A stretch of 64,000 bases of DNA from Octopus sinensis (taxonomy: Eukaryota): the NCBI RefSeq assembly GCF_006345805.1, contig NC_042997.1:104718001-104782000 (forward strand). The letters are read 5' to 3'. The first letter of the stretch is position 1. Each line of letters starts with the position of its first letter. Below, piece after piece: positions 42,499 to 55,221 of the stretch. The notes beneath the pieces are model-generated. The model saw nothing but the letters and a program-made list of their open reading frames with translations. It was not told where the DNA came from and did no database searches. The position numbers and the translations under genes are program-made.

Positions 42499-42700
42499 GG
42501 ATGAAAAAATGTTAATGATTATGATGATTTCTTTTGTCGTCGTTATTAGCGCAATTGCTATTATTGTTCAGAATAAGGATGGCGGTGATGAGACTGATCA
42601 TGATGACAACGACGAAGAGGATGACGACGAAGACGACGACGACGAGGATTTTGTTCATGACGATGTGTTGATGATGAGGCTGATGATGGTGATGTTCATA
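42110..42700. repeat. Compound trinucleotide arrays (GTT, ATT, AGT, AAT, GAC/GAT) just 3' of the Irx stop codon
   Basis: Direct inspection. Confidence 0.92.
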
Positions 42701-43048
42701 ATAATGTTAATTTTATTTTTTTCTTTGCACATTTCAGCTGACAAATTTTCATAGAAAAAAAATAAAGTGTATTTGACATTTCGTGTATGTATTTTTACAT
42801 GTTAATGTACACAGACGCATATGCACATAGTCACACTAACACATACACACACACGATATATATATAATATATATCATGTATGTATGTATATATATATGCC
42901 GTAAATCTTTCATTATCTTTGGAATTTTGTTGTCTGTGTGTGTATGTTCGAATGCTGTCAAATGATTATTGTCAGTTGTAGACTGTTGTGTCGTGAATTA
43001 TTTTACTCGTTTACACATAGACCTATATATATATATAACAACATTGTT

Positions 43049-44019
43049 TCAGAAATATTTTGAAGCTTCTTTGGGGAATAGTCTGTTCCTCATGCCATCT
43101 ATATCTCTGGCTGGTGAAAACAATCCTTTTTGTGAGCTAGCCAGTTTTTCGGCATTGTGTAAAAGTTCGACACTTGCTGCACTGTGCACCGCCGTAGCAG
43201 CTACACCAAGTGCAGTCTTTGAAGAGGTATGTGTTGATAGACTATAAGGATATGAGAGAGTTGTGTGAGACATAGAAATAGGATATGCGCTAAGAGCCCC
43301 ATAACGTCCCCCATTCCATGTTTGACTAGCTGATTGTAGATAAAGATAACCCGGACTCGGGTGCAATCTGTTACCCGATGTAAAAACTGGCACGGTTTTT
43401 CCCACCGGAACTCCACCGCTGGCGCCACCAACTGGACTACTACTACTGCTATTACTTTCGCTGCTGCTAGATGGAGAGTTCACGAGAAATTGCGAGACCG
43501 ACCAGATTTTCGGTCGTACAGGCGATGAACTGTCCATGTCATTGCGAGATTGTGAATTAAGCTGATTGTTAGTAGTTCTGTTGCTGTTGCTGCTGCTGCT
43601 GTTGTTATTGTTGTTGCTGTTGGTGTTCTTGAGAGTTGAAATACGTCCGCTGGTATTGCTACTATTATTGTTATTGCTACTGCTGCCGCTGGTGCTGCTG
43701 CTACTGCTGTTGCCATTTACATTGCTATGTACATGACTGTTCGACGATGTCATGGAATGGCCCTCTTTTATTAGGTCGCTCTCTCGATTAGAGTCCGATA
43801 AAACGTCGATAGCCGGTGAGTGCGCGGCCATTATTGATATATTACCATCCATGGTAAGAAGAGCTTTGCTCGCGTGACCCAAACCTAAGGGGCGTCGGTC
43901 TTTAGTGGATGATGTAACTAATTCGTCTTTCAGCACTGATGGGTCTTCTAAATCAGAATCTGCATCGGAATCATCCAATACTTTTCGGTGAGGTCTTTCG
44001 CCGTTGTCAACAGTATGAC
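43049..44019 (-). CDS. irx: Iroquois homeobox gene, terminal coding exon with IRO box (RPKIWSVSQFL) and Ser/Asn-rich tracts
   Basis: Acceptor ccttattgcAG|GT CAT ACT completes Gly in frame with the preceding exon. Open for 971 nt to TGA at 43049-43051. IRO-box-like PKIWS motif at about 43484-43516. Confidence 0.92.
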
Positions 44020-45180
44020 CTGCAATAAGGAAATAGAACGCAATCAATAGAATTGTGCGAAGGAAAAGGGACAAATAGACAACACGACCATATGTTCACA
44101 TAAACATATATGTATACACAATAATTTCCAAAATTCAAACAGAAATATAGCAGAGGAACAAACGGAAAATTCACACACAGAACTGAACATTGCTCATCGC
44201 TCGTAAATTATCGTTCAGAAGGAGAAATGAGCAATGTTCTGTCTTGTGTGTGAATTTCCTGTTTGTTCCTTTATTGTGTTTCACTTAAAATTATTTTTTA
44301 ATGTAATGCTATGCACCATTCTTATTTTTTAACTATTGTATGGAAATAGATACACACAAAGGTATAAATAAATATTGCTTTGTTTCAGAAGGGTCATATA
44401 ATATTAAAACCTATAAACAACCCTTACCAGTCGTTGTTGCTATATTTTCTTTCTTCTCCCAACAGAGACAAACAACAACCAGTCTTAGTGATCGTAGGTT
44501 TCGATAATAAAGCGCTTTGGCTTCCGATTCTGGCTTCAAGACAGTTTCAAAATTCTTACGAAACAAATAGAAACTCAGTGTGTGTATGTGCTCGCGCGTG
44601 CGTGTGCATGTGCGTGTAAGCATGTACGTGCTTTGGGATATATATATGTGTGTGTGTGTGTGTACTTTTATAATATGTACATTTGTATACCCACATAGTT
44701 AGCTAGATAGCAACCTACCTACCTAGATAGACAGAGAGACAGATAGACAGAGAGACAGATAGACAGACAAAATAGAATTGTGCAATCGAACAGTATGTAT
44801 GTATGTATGTATGTATGTATGTATGTATGTATGTGTGTATGTGTGTATGTATGTATGTATGTATGTATGTATGTATGCCATAAGGTCTGAAAACCTAACG
44901 AAGGCCTCAAAAGATATTTTGAGATCCACAAAAATCAGAAATTAACTGTAGTTCTTGGTGGTCCAACCAGATATGCAATTTATGTGGGGGTCTTTTCAAA
45001 ACATTGTCTGGTATAAAATGTCACATCAGACGCCATTATAGAGTTTGACCACTGCCTGTAGGTACAGGAGGTGATCAAAATCTGTATAACGTATAGACAA
45101 CCACTATGCATGTATGTATGTATGTATGTATGTTTTGTAATTCTCTATAGTGTATTATCAATTAAAAAATTTCTCCTCAC

Positions 45181-45557
45181 CTGGGCTGTGCACCCGTGGA
45201 TTATCATCTCCATGGTCTTCTTTCTCAACTCCTGCAGTCGTTGCCGTTACTGATGCGTCTCCATTTTCTGATTCTTTGTTTTCTGTTTCTCCCTCACTAT
45301 CTAAGTTATCGGTACTATCTTCAGACCTATTGCGTGGCGACCATGTCATTTTGTTTTCTTTTTTCAGACGCCGCCGTGCATTTGCAAACCACGTGGAAAC
45401 CTGTGTCAGTGTCATTTTAGTGATTATAGCTAACATGATCTTCTCTCCTTTGGTTGGATATGGATTTTTGCGATGTTCATAAAGCCATGCTTTTAAAGTA
45501 TTTGTCGTTTCTCGAGTGGCGTTCTTCCGCCGAGCATTCAAATCTAATCCACCATAC
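45181..45557 (-). CDS. irx: Iroquois homeobox gene, TALE homeodomain exon plus acidic region
   Basis: Encodes [80 protein letters not shown], a diagnostic Iroquois homeodomain. Acceptor ttctgtcttcAG and donor CCCAG|GTgagg; 377 nt, phase 2 in and phase 1 out. Confidence 0.97.
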
Positions 45558-45934
45558 CTGAAGACAGAAAATAAAAATAACACGTGAAATATTACACTAC
45601 AATAATATACTTTCTGAGTAAAAAAACAGATGACGAAACAAACCAATTTATTTCAGAAAAGTTTAGTCTGCTGCACATATGCAAGTATCATAAACGTCTA
45701 ATTCTAATAGAAGATCATTTCTTCTATTTAATATACATTTATTCATCAGTATCTAACTATCTCACGCCTGCTCATTCTTTCACTATTATTTCTCAAATCG
45801 TCTGCTTGCATCGCACTGCAGCTCAGTACATATTACACGCGTTTCTATACCATTTGTAATTTTATTTTGTGAGTTGCTAGGCTTTTCGACGAACAAATAT
45901 AAAATTATAGCCAAACGAATATGCATGTGCGTAC

Positions 45935-45974
<40 letters not shown>

Positions 45975-46188
45975 TTGCGGTGTGCACGTGTGCATGAATC
46001 TATATAATGGTATCGTTAAATAGCGGTATATAAACGCCAATAAAGACAAGCATATTGGAATGGAAAAATGGCAACTTTTGACAGTTAAGTGCGTTAGGAG
46101 GAAAACGAGTTGTGTAGGAGGCGGGGAGAGAAGTAAACCCAGAAAGGAAAAACACGAAGAAATATATACAGCGAAATAAAACGATATA

Positions 46189-46264
<76 letters not shown>

Positions 46265-46859
46265 TATGTACACACATACCTAGAGAAAGACATTGATTGG
46301 GCGAAAATATATAGCGATAGACAGATAGATAGGTAGATAGATAGATATATTGTTTATGGAAGCAGGACATGATAGAAATGCGAAACGCTAAAGCTAACAA
46401 GTTTGAAGGAGAATCTATAGACCTTAGTCGCTTAACGACGCATTAAATATGGTTTATGTTTGTCGACTTGAAGAAATGATAAGGATTCCACGCTTAGAAT
46501 TTTTCGCTATCACAAGAATTTTATCAGCGCACGACAGCCTATTAAAGCCCTATGAAAGGATTCTCTTATGGATCCATAAGTAAAAAGACATGTTATTTTC
46601 TATTCGACAGCCGTTTTCAACACACACTGCTACACGCACTGACGCACGCGCGCACACAGGCACACACACGCGCGGGCATAAACATATATATATGTACACG
46701 TTTTCATACATATTTACATATTTGTATCTGAATACTCGCACTCAAGCATGTACACACACACACACACACACATACACACGCGCATACTGAGGTTGAGAAT
46801 GAATGGAATGGAAAGAAAAAAAATAAAGGAAAAGAGAGATAAAAATAAGTAAAAGAAAT

Positions 46860-47225
46860 TAAGCGAAAGGATTTCGTCTCAATTTATGGTCGACAGAGCG
46901 TGAATGGGGGAAGGAGAAAGAGGAGGAAGGGGAGTGGGGGTAATAGGAGAAGAAGAAAAAGAAAGTAAGGAAGAAGAAGAGGAAGATGAAGAAGAAGAGA
47001 AGAAGAAGAAGAGAAGAAGAAGAAGAAGAGAAGAAGAAGAAGAAGAAGAAGAGAAGAAGAAGAAGAAGAAGAGGAACATGAAGAGGAGGAACAAGAGGAA
47101 CAAGAAGAGGAAGGAGAAGATGATGATGATGATGAGAATGATGATGGTGATGATGTGGGAGTTGGTGGAGGCGGTGGCGGTGGTGCCGGTGGCGGTGGCG
47201 TCGGTGAAGATTGCAAAAAACAAGA
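46860..47225. repeat. Purine-rich (GAA/GAG)n then (GAT)n/(GGT)n tract inside an Irx intron
   Basis: Direct inspection; the + strand is nearly pure purine from about 46905 to 47120. Confidence 0.92.
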
Positions 47226-48368
47226 ACGATATACAACAATAATAAAACTGATAATCAAGTTTTTATAAATAGGTTAAACCAATATTCTGAACGAGAACCG
47301 TACTCAAAAAATTCCTTAAATTAATTGAATTTCCTCTCTTTATTAGAGAAAATAAACAAAGTCCTATTGGTAACTGTTAGCGACTCCCATGAGAAGGGGA
47401 GATAACTTAAAGAAATTTGGAAACAGTTTCCCAAAATTTTATTTGCATAAGAATAAAAAGAGTTTGATCTTCGGATGCAAAGGAGAGCTAGGGATATATT
47501 TCGGTTCTTTGGTCCCCATGAGCGCAATGAAACCAAGATTGCTTAATGATAAATAAAATATTTACAAAAATTAACTTTTTGTTTCGTTTAATAAGTTGTA
47601 ACATGTTGAAATAAATTTAGTAATGAAATAATATTAAGAAAAAATAAATTTTATAAGAATTTGGGTAGTATTGGTTTCTATATTTAGTTATCCGCTAAAA
47701 CTACATGACCCTAAATGCAAAACATGAATCCATTTTTCAAAATCTGGTCTTAGATAAGATTTGATCAATGATTCTCTCGAAACAGCCTCTGGGAGCAGCT
47801 TTTGTTACTGCTGCCTCGACTTTGCCTGCTTCTTTCTTTTTCCCACAGTTTTTTTTCTCTGGCCAAAAAGTATTCGATTCGTGTAATACTCGTATAACAA
47901 ACGGGCTCTCTGCCCTGCCAACAGTGTGATGCATTCCAATCTGCTCTCATAAGGGGTACAAACAGAAGAAAACATTCGGGATCTTCGGTATTATCAGAAT
48001 CTACATTGCTATACGGACGGCATCTATCCACAGGTTATTAATTATTACCTCCACATGTCCAACCTACCCGCACCGTGCCGCTTATGTGACGATATTCCTA
48101 GGGTCAGCAGCTGTAACAGTGTCTGGCAGTGACCCATATGTTAGATCAAGTAATAAACTGCAGCACCACATTATAGACAACAGCTACACGAGGATAAGAG
48201 TAATCATTCTAGAGTACGAAATATCATTTTGTTTTATGATTACACAAATCGGCAGAAATCCAAAAGATTTCATGCAAAAAACATTTAAGCAATGCAGCAG
48301 CCGTATTATTTACACAGACTCAATTTGAAAAATTGTTTATTTAAATAATATCAGTTGTATGAACTTAC

Positions 48369-48478
48369 CCCGTCCCATACGGGTAAACTGCCATAGATGG
48401 GTCATAAGGGAAATAAGATGCTGGCTGTGTCAAAGAACGAAGTCCATCGGGACTGTCTTTTACTTCATAAGGTCCATT
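48369..48478 (-). CDS. irx: Iroquois homeobox gene, internal coding exon upstream of the homeodomain (NGPYEVKDSPDGLRSLTQPASYFPYDPSMAVYPYGTG)
   Basis: Minus strand reads ttatctttcttccAG|AAT GGA CCT...GGG ACG GG|GTaagt. 110 nt, phase 0 in and phase 2 out, joining in frame to the homeodomain exon (GG+G = Gly). The Tyr/Pro-rich YFPYDP motif is typical of the Irx pre-homeodomain exon. Not in the ORF track; found by reading the sequence. Confidence 0.88.
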
Positions 48479-49310
48479 CTGGAAGAAAGATAAAATTAAA
48501 ATACATTAGAATATTTGAATCACAAGCCTAAACAAATATTTCATGGCAAATATTGTCACATGTGGTTAACTATCAAAAACATATTTATAGACATATGTTA
48601 TTATGTATATGCATATATATGTATAGATTGCATGGTGTACTCTTACTTGTAATTTAAATGGGAAACACATTTGTGTGTGAGTGTTTGTATATGGATATGT
48701 ATAGCATAGTAGTGATGCTAAGATAACTACATAACTGTTACTAAAAGTATCACCCATGAAGAGAAACCTAGGAGAATTGAAGACAAAGAACACTAAAACA
48801 TTCAAAATCAGAAGGTAACGGAACATAACTTAATATCACAAAGAATTTGGGCTGAAGTTTTACCACAGTAGTATCTAGCTCTTAAAATTACCTTAAGGAA
48901 AAAGACATAAGCTGAAATATACATGATTTCCGCTAAAAATTTACCGCCAAATGTGCTATTTCCTGCCTTAATATCCATCTCATTAACAGCTATTAATATA
49001 AGAGTTTAATTTACGCATTTATTACAGCTCCCTATGAAAAATACTATGTCACAACTTCTGATGATCTTTTACAATTTCAGAATTGCACACTCACATATAC
49101 ACAGAAACACGCATATATGTATATATATATATATGCACTTACATAAGTACTCAGACACACATCACATACTCTTGTAGTACTAGTTAAACAAGGAGATAAA
49201 GTGAAATTGACAATCTTCGTTCCAGTATCGTATTTTAGTAGACTACCTACGAACGCTGATTGTCAATTGTTTAGTAGCTCAATTAAAACTGATATGTACC
49301 GACACATTAA

Positions 49311-49353
<43 letters not shown>

Positions 49354-49539
49354 AGAGAGAGAGAGCAGAGAGAAGAGAGAAGAGAGAGATTGAATTGAGG
49401 TTCTGTGATTTTGTAGATGAAAATACTGAAGCGCAGACAGACATTAAGCGTAGATAGAGAGCTAGTCAGAGAGATCGACAGACAAAGAGAGACATCAACG
49501 GATAGTGTCGTCGTTGTCGCGAATAACACTCGAAATCAA

Positions 49540-50095
49540 GGGTGACGGTCTTTGTTTTTTCTATTTTTTTTAATGCTTTTTGGTTAATTCTAAGGTGAGT
49601 GATGAGTCCAATTCTTGCTCGGAAGTTTCTTCCATGTGTGGTTCCGATGGAAGGCTCATTTTCAGTTGCTTGGTCTGTATCTTCTGCGCCTCCTCTTTTC
49701 CTCTTGTTCTGCAGTCCCATTGGTCTGAAATGTTGTTAGCTTCTCTTTGATGATGAATCTTCAGCGTTCTCGATCCTGAGCATTTCTCCTAGTTCTCCGT
49801 GTCAATATTACATTTCTTGAAGAAAGCGGCGAGCTTACAGAATCGTTAGCTCGCCGTGCAAAGTGCTTCGTGCTATTATAGTCCGTCTTTACGTTCCAAG
49901 TTCAAATTCCGCCGAGGACGGCTTTCATCTTTTCTGGAGTCGATGTAAAATCGAATTATCCCCTCCTCGAAATTGCTGGCTTTGTGCCAACATTTGAAAC
50001 CAATATTACGTTCCTTGAAGGTGCCTTTCAGGGCATCTTTGAACCTTTTTCTGCCGCCCTCCTTTTTCTTTTAGTTGAGACATAGCCAGATATAT
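49540..50095 (-). mobile_element. Degenerate 3' fragment of another RTE-clade LINE, interrupted by a SINE
   Basis: Minus-strand translation gives KRFKDALKGT...CNIDTEN...QDRERW-like text and RARIGLITHLR, typical of RTE ORF ends. Confidence 0.7.
49823..50000 (+). mobile_element. SINE family B copy with 20-bp TSD inside the RTE relic
   Basis: CAATATTACATTTCTTGAAG (49803-49822) matches CAATATTACGTTCCTTGAAG (50001-50020) at 18/20. Confidence 0.8.
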
Positions 50096-50235
50096 AGATT
50101 GATTGACTGAGAGATAGACAAACAAACAGACTAACAGAAAGTCAAAGAGAAATACAGACAGACACAGAGAGACAGATAGTTAGATACATAAATAGATAGA
50201 TAGGTAGATTGACAAACAGAAAGATTGATAGAGCA

Positions 50236-50315
<80 letters not shown>

Positions 50316-50316
50316 G

Positions 50317-50360
<44 letters not shown>

Positions 50361-51209
50361 AAAGAGACACAGAGAGATAGACAAAGTAACAGAAAGGTAG
50401 ACAGACAGATAGATTGATAGATAGATACGTACGTATCTATACGTATGTATCTATAGGAATACATACATATATACAGGCTTACACACATATATACATATGT
50501 GTATGCACGAATATATGCATATGCATATGAATGTTGTTACAGAGAGAAATGCATATTAGGTATTACAAAAGGGAGGAAGAGAACTCAATGCGTAACGCAA
50601 AGTCTACATAATCTTTTGATAAAAGGTTATATATAAATATATACGTGCGTGCGCGCATGTAGAATCATTTAGTAAAAAGAGAGTGTAAAATGTATGTCTG
50701 TGTGTTTATGCAACTACGAGTGAGTGAGTATGTGCTGAAGTGTGTTCGTGTGCGTTACACACATACAACACCGCTTTTTAAATATATTTATTCATTGTGA
50801 TGAGCCAACTCTGTAAGGAAGAAGAATAACAAATTAGCCAGTTATCATGTAGAGAGGTGTAAGGAAAAAACAACAACATGAGTGAAGGCAATATAGCAAT
50901 GAATATCATCCAAAACAAACATGGTGTCTTCTTTTATGTTACTACTCACCACATAACATATTCATAATTGTGCTAACAGCTGAGATGATAGCCAAACCGA
51001 GACAACTATTAATTCGTCTTTAATGACTATGCGAGTGAATGTTCTTATGAAAATATGTATATGAATATAAACATACGTATACATACATATATGCATACAT
51101 ACATATATATACGTCATAAATACGTAAAATATACATATACATATTTAATATGTATATTACATATATATCATATAATATATCAATGTGTACTTATATATAA
51201 CATACATTC

Positions 51210-51246
<37 letters not shown>

Positions 51247-51283
51247 TGTGTGTATAGATATATATGTATATATTGTGTGTATG

Positions 51284-51350
<67 letters not shown>

Positions 51351-51897
51351 CGTATATATATATAATATATAATACATATTTTTATATTCTTTTATGCGTC
51401 TCAGCCCAAAGGCTGTGGCCATGCAAGGACATATATATATATATATGTGTGTGTGTCTGTGTGTCTGTGTGTATGCGTATATGTATATGTATTATTTTTA
51501 TCTCCAGAAAGTTAGAAAACTGACTCAAGAGCCGAGAGTTTCGTGTAAATTACTTATCAAACTGACCAAATTACTATATATGTATATATGAATGTGTTTT
51601 GACGCAAAAATATATGCACATACACAAACACACACACACATAAATACACACACACTGATATACACACATATTACCACGCATGCAGGGGTATAAATTTAGC
51701 TTTATGAATATCTACGCGTGTGTGCTGGTGTATTTTTCTATCCGTACTTTCTTGCACGTGCACTTTACCAACTTCATTATTAATATAGTTGTTTTCTCAT
51801 CCTCAATTCTAAGTAACCACACCTCAACCCACATCGATGTAATAATACGTCCTTGTAATGTTCCCTCATTAATGGCAAATAACTATAACTGTATCGT

Positions 51898-51967
<70 letters not shown>

Positions 51968-52029
51968 GATAACAACAACAATAATTATAATATGATGCAA
52001 TACTAGCGCTCATAGCTTCTGATCTTAAC

Positions 52030-53015
52030 TGATTGGAAGTGTTATCATGTACATTGTTTTGTCTTGGTATAAAAAATGGGCTACACCAAATATTCTGCTC
52101 AATTCCACAGATTTGCTTGTCAGTTGTTTGACTATATAACTAGTTGAGCATGTCCGTTGGTGGCTGGTAATATGTCCATCTCTGATCACAAGCAGAAGTA
52201 GCCGGAGAACATCATAGCCATGTGTTGAGAGGAATTCTTTGGGGTTTGAATAATTCACCTCTGAAAACATGGATGTTTTGTTCATCAGCCTTAAATAAGC
52301 CTTATTAAGGGACCTTTTGAGAGGGATGGGCTTCTCAACTTGAAGACAATTCTATCTTGACCTCCATCTGCAAGGTCATAAGATGTGGTTGCGATGCATA
52401 TGCCAGGTGTGCTCCTGTTGAACGGGTAGTCATAATAGGTTTATAGAGCTTCGTATAACTGTACCCCAGAGTCACTTTGATGGCATGCGCTTCTCTCTTA
52501 CTCAATAATAAGGATAATCATACTTGTTTCAAATTTTGGCATCAGACCAGTAATTTGAGGGTAGGGAGTAAGTCGTCTGTATCGATCCCAGTATTTAACT
52601 GGTACTTATTTTATTGACCACGAAAGGATAAAAGGTGAAGTCGATATCAGCGGAATATGAATAGGCGTAAGGCCTGAAATTTGGCAGGGGTTGGGGTTGA
52701 GAGGAATTCTTTGGAGTTTGAATAATTCACCTCTGAAAACAAGGGTATTTCGTTCAACATCCTTAAACAACTCTTACTCAAGGAACTTTTGAGCGGAATG
52801 GGCTATTCGACTTGAGAAAAATTTAACAGGGTCCCACCTTAAACGTCATGCGCTGTTATCTTGAAATGAGATCACCATGTTGCGCACATATGATTGTGAT
52901 ACATGTGCCTGGTGTACCCTTATCAGACGGGTAGTCATGATGGATATATTTGGTTTCGTATATTTTACTCCAGTGTCACTTTGATGACATGCACTGCTCT
53001 AAAACAATAACAATT
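52030..53015 (+). repeat. Two tandem copies of an unclassified interspersed repeat (about 52030-52510 and 52696-53015)
   Basis: Both contain GTTGAGAGGAATTCTTTGG.GTTTGAATAATTCACCTCTGAAAAC...GGGTAGTCAT...GTCACTTTGATG.CATGC and end in CAATAA(T/C)A. Confidence 0.7.
52520..52665 (-). mobile_element. Partial SINE family B copy
   Basis: GATCCCAGTATTTAACTGGTACTTATTTTATTGACC...GGATAAAAGGTGAAGTCG. Confidence 0.6.
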
Positions 53016-53409
53016 TATTTACTTTTTCACGAAACTAACAGCGTTTGGAGTGACAAAATAGTAATGTTAACAAACAGAATGCTTTACATAGCTTCCCGAG
53101 TTGATTTTTGTCTCATATAATTGCTGGGTTGGCAATTATAAAAAATAAGTGCAAGTAGAATGCTAAGTTTAATGTAATCCCACGAACCACTTGGTTTAGC
53201 TAATTTGTTAGAAAATATCATGACGAATTTATGAAAATAAAATAGTAATAATGATGTCTTAAATTGGTATGAGGGTCCAAGATCATTGAGAACAATATTT
53301 GAAAGGAGAAATATATCGGAAAATAACAAACGTGTTACATTAAGGTGTGTGGGTTAGTTATTTTAAGTTAAAAATCTATGACGAACGTTAACAATAAAGG
53401 AAAAACTAC

Positions 53410-53428
53410 TAGTGCAAACGCCACCACC

Positions 53429-53478
<50 letters not shown>

Positions 53479-53767
53479 AACTACTACTACTACTACTACT
53501 ACTAAAACTGCTGCTGCTGCTGCTGCTGCTTATAATGATAAGAATAACTGTTTCTTTATTTGCTACGAGGACTCCAGACATTGTAAAAGATTACAAATTT
53601 CGGGACACAACTAATGTAAGATTATACATTTTTTGTACTGGCCTTGAAGTCATTTTAGACTCACCTTTGTACTATTGGCGAGCTGGTATAAAGGCAGTGA
53701 GCTGGAAAAATCGTTGGCATGCCGGACACAAAGCCTAGTGATAATTTTTCCGGCCAAAATTCGAAAC

Positions 53768-53824
<57 letters not shown>

Positions 53825-53860
53825 CATTATTATTATTATTGTTGTTGTTGTTGTTGTTAA
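53410..53860. repeat. (CCA)n/(CTA)n/(CTG)n and (TTA)n/(TTG)n arrays
   Basis: Direct inspection. Confidence 0.92.
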
Positions 53861-54803
53861 CATTATATAATTCCTCTCATTCATTTGTACTGGTTTTGCA
53901 CAGCCAATACAAATAATTGTATTATGCATAGAAATGGAATTGCCACATGAGAAATCCGACAGTGAAGTGTTTCAACCGAAGGAATATGATCCATGTTTCA
54001 ACATTCGAGTAAAAGCTAAATGCAGCGAACAAGAAGAGGACATGTAGTCAAACGTTTATAGCATCCTTTGTACACCTTCTGTAATTCTAAAAAAACTAAT
54101 CAGTAGGACACAATATGTGATAATGATAAGGCTTTTAAATTTCAGGTGCACCATATCGTGGGGCTACTACAGAAATTCACTAAGAAGTTTTGAGACGAAT
54201 TTCGGATTTGAGAAAACTTGCATAAAAACGACGATATGTAGTGAGTCAAAATAGGACCTCAGGAATGTTGAGCGAAAGAATCAACGCTCACCTTAATATA
54301 GGTGTATATAACTCACATTAGAACTGAGAGACACACTAGTAACACTCCTACAGATGTGATACTCTACACGTGGAGAAAAAAATTAAAATAAACGTCGAGC
54401 TTCCGCTTAAGCAGTTCCGTTCTGCGTACAATATAATTTCAATGTAATTAGACAAAAATGCCAACACATGTGGAAGAGATTATACACGTATACATATATG
54501 TATGTATGTACATACACATACACACACACACACATATATATATATGTGTATATATGTATTTATATATATACATTTATATACAAGTTTATACACGTATACA
54601 CACATATATACATGCATATATATTTAAACATGCATACATATGCATATATTTATATATTAATATAAAATACATATGTATATATTTATATGTGAATAAATAT
54701 ATACTTATATTCATATAGTATATGCAGACATACATAATTATATATACATATATATATATATATGTATATATATGTGTATAATATATGTATATATATATAT
54801 ATC

Positions 54804-54872
<69 letters not shown>

Positions 54873-54968
54873 ATAGTCTATTTCTATATATTTTTATACA
54901 CATCTAATCTAAGAACAGGCATATAAATATATATATGTGACTTTGTATATATGTGTGTGTCAGGGCGG

Positions 54969-55068
54969 NNNNNNNNNNNNNNNNNNNNNNNNNNNNNNNN
55001 NNNNNNNNNNNNNNNNNNNNNNNNNNNNNNNNNNNNNNNNNNNNNNNNNNNNNNNNNNNNNNNNNNNN
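54969..55068. other. Assembly gap (100 N)
   Basis: A run of exactly 100 N suggests a placeholder gap of unknown size. Confidence 0.99.
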
Positions 55069-55190
55069 CTGGCAGACGATTGCAGCAGTGCACACCAGAA
55101 ACCCATATATACATAAACAAACATATGCATGCACATATACGTAAAACATGTGTGCGTTTGCGTACGTGTGCACATGCGGGGTTACGTGTG

Positions 55191-55221
<31 letters not shown>

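Noticed and set aside
44020-44074. N-terminal MSLFLRTILLIAFYFLIA of ORF 43049-44074 as a signal peptide
   Set aside because: It is the intronic polypyrimidine tract read through; the exon begins at the AG acceptor at 44020-44021.
45558-45646. Met start for the homeodomain ORF (MVCFVICFF...)
   Set aside because: Intronic sequence upstream of the acceptor at 45558-45559.
46859-47258. Poly-Glu/Lys/Arg and poly-His/Ser ORFs
   Set aside because: They derive from the intronic (GAA)n/(GAT)n tract and do not splice in frame with the Irx exons.
54955-55110. GC-richer sequence flanking the N gap as adapter contamination or a hidden exon
   Set aside because: No match to adapter sequences I recognise and no Irx-like coding frame. 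The gap content is unknown.
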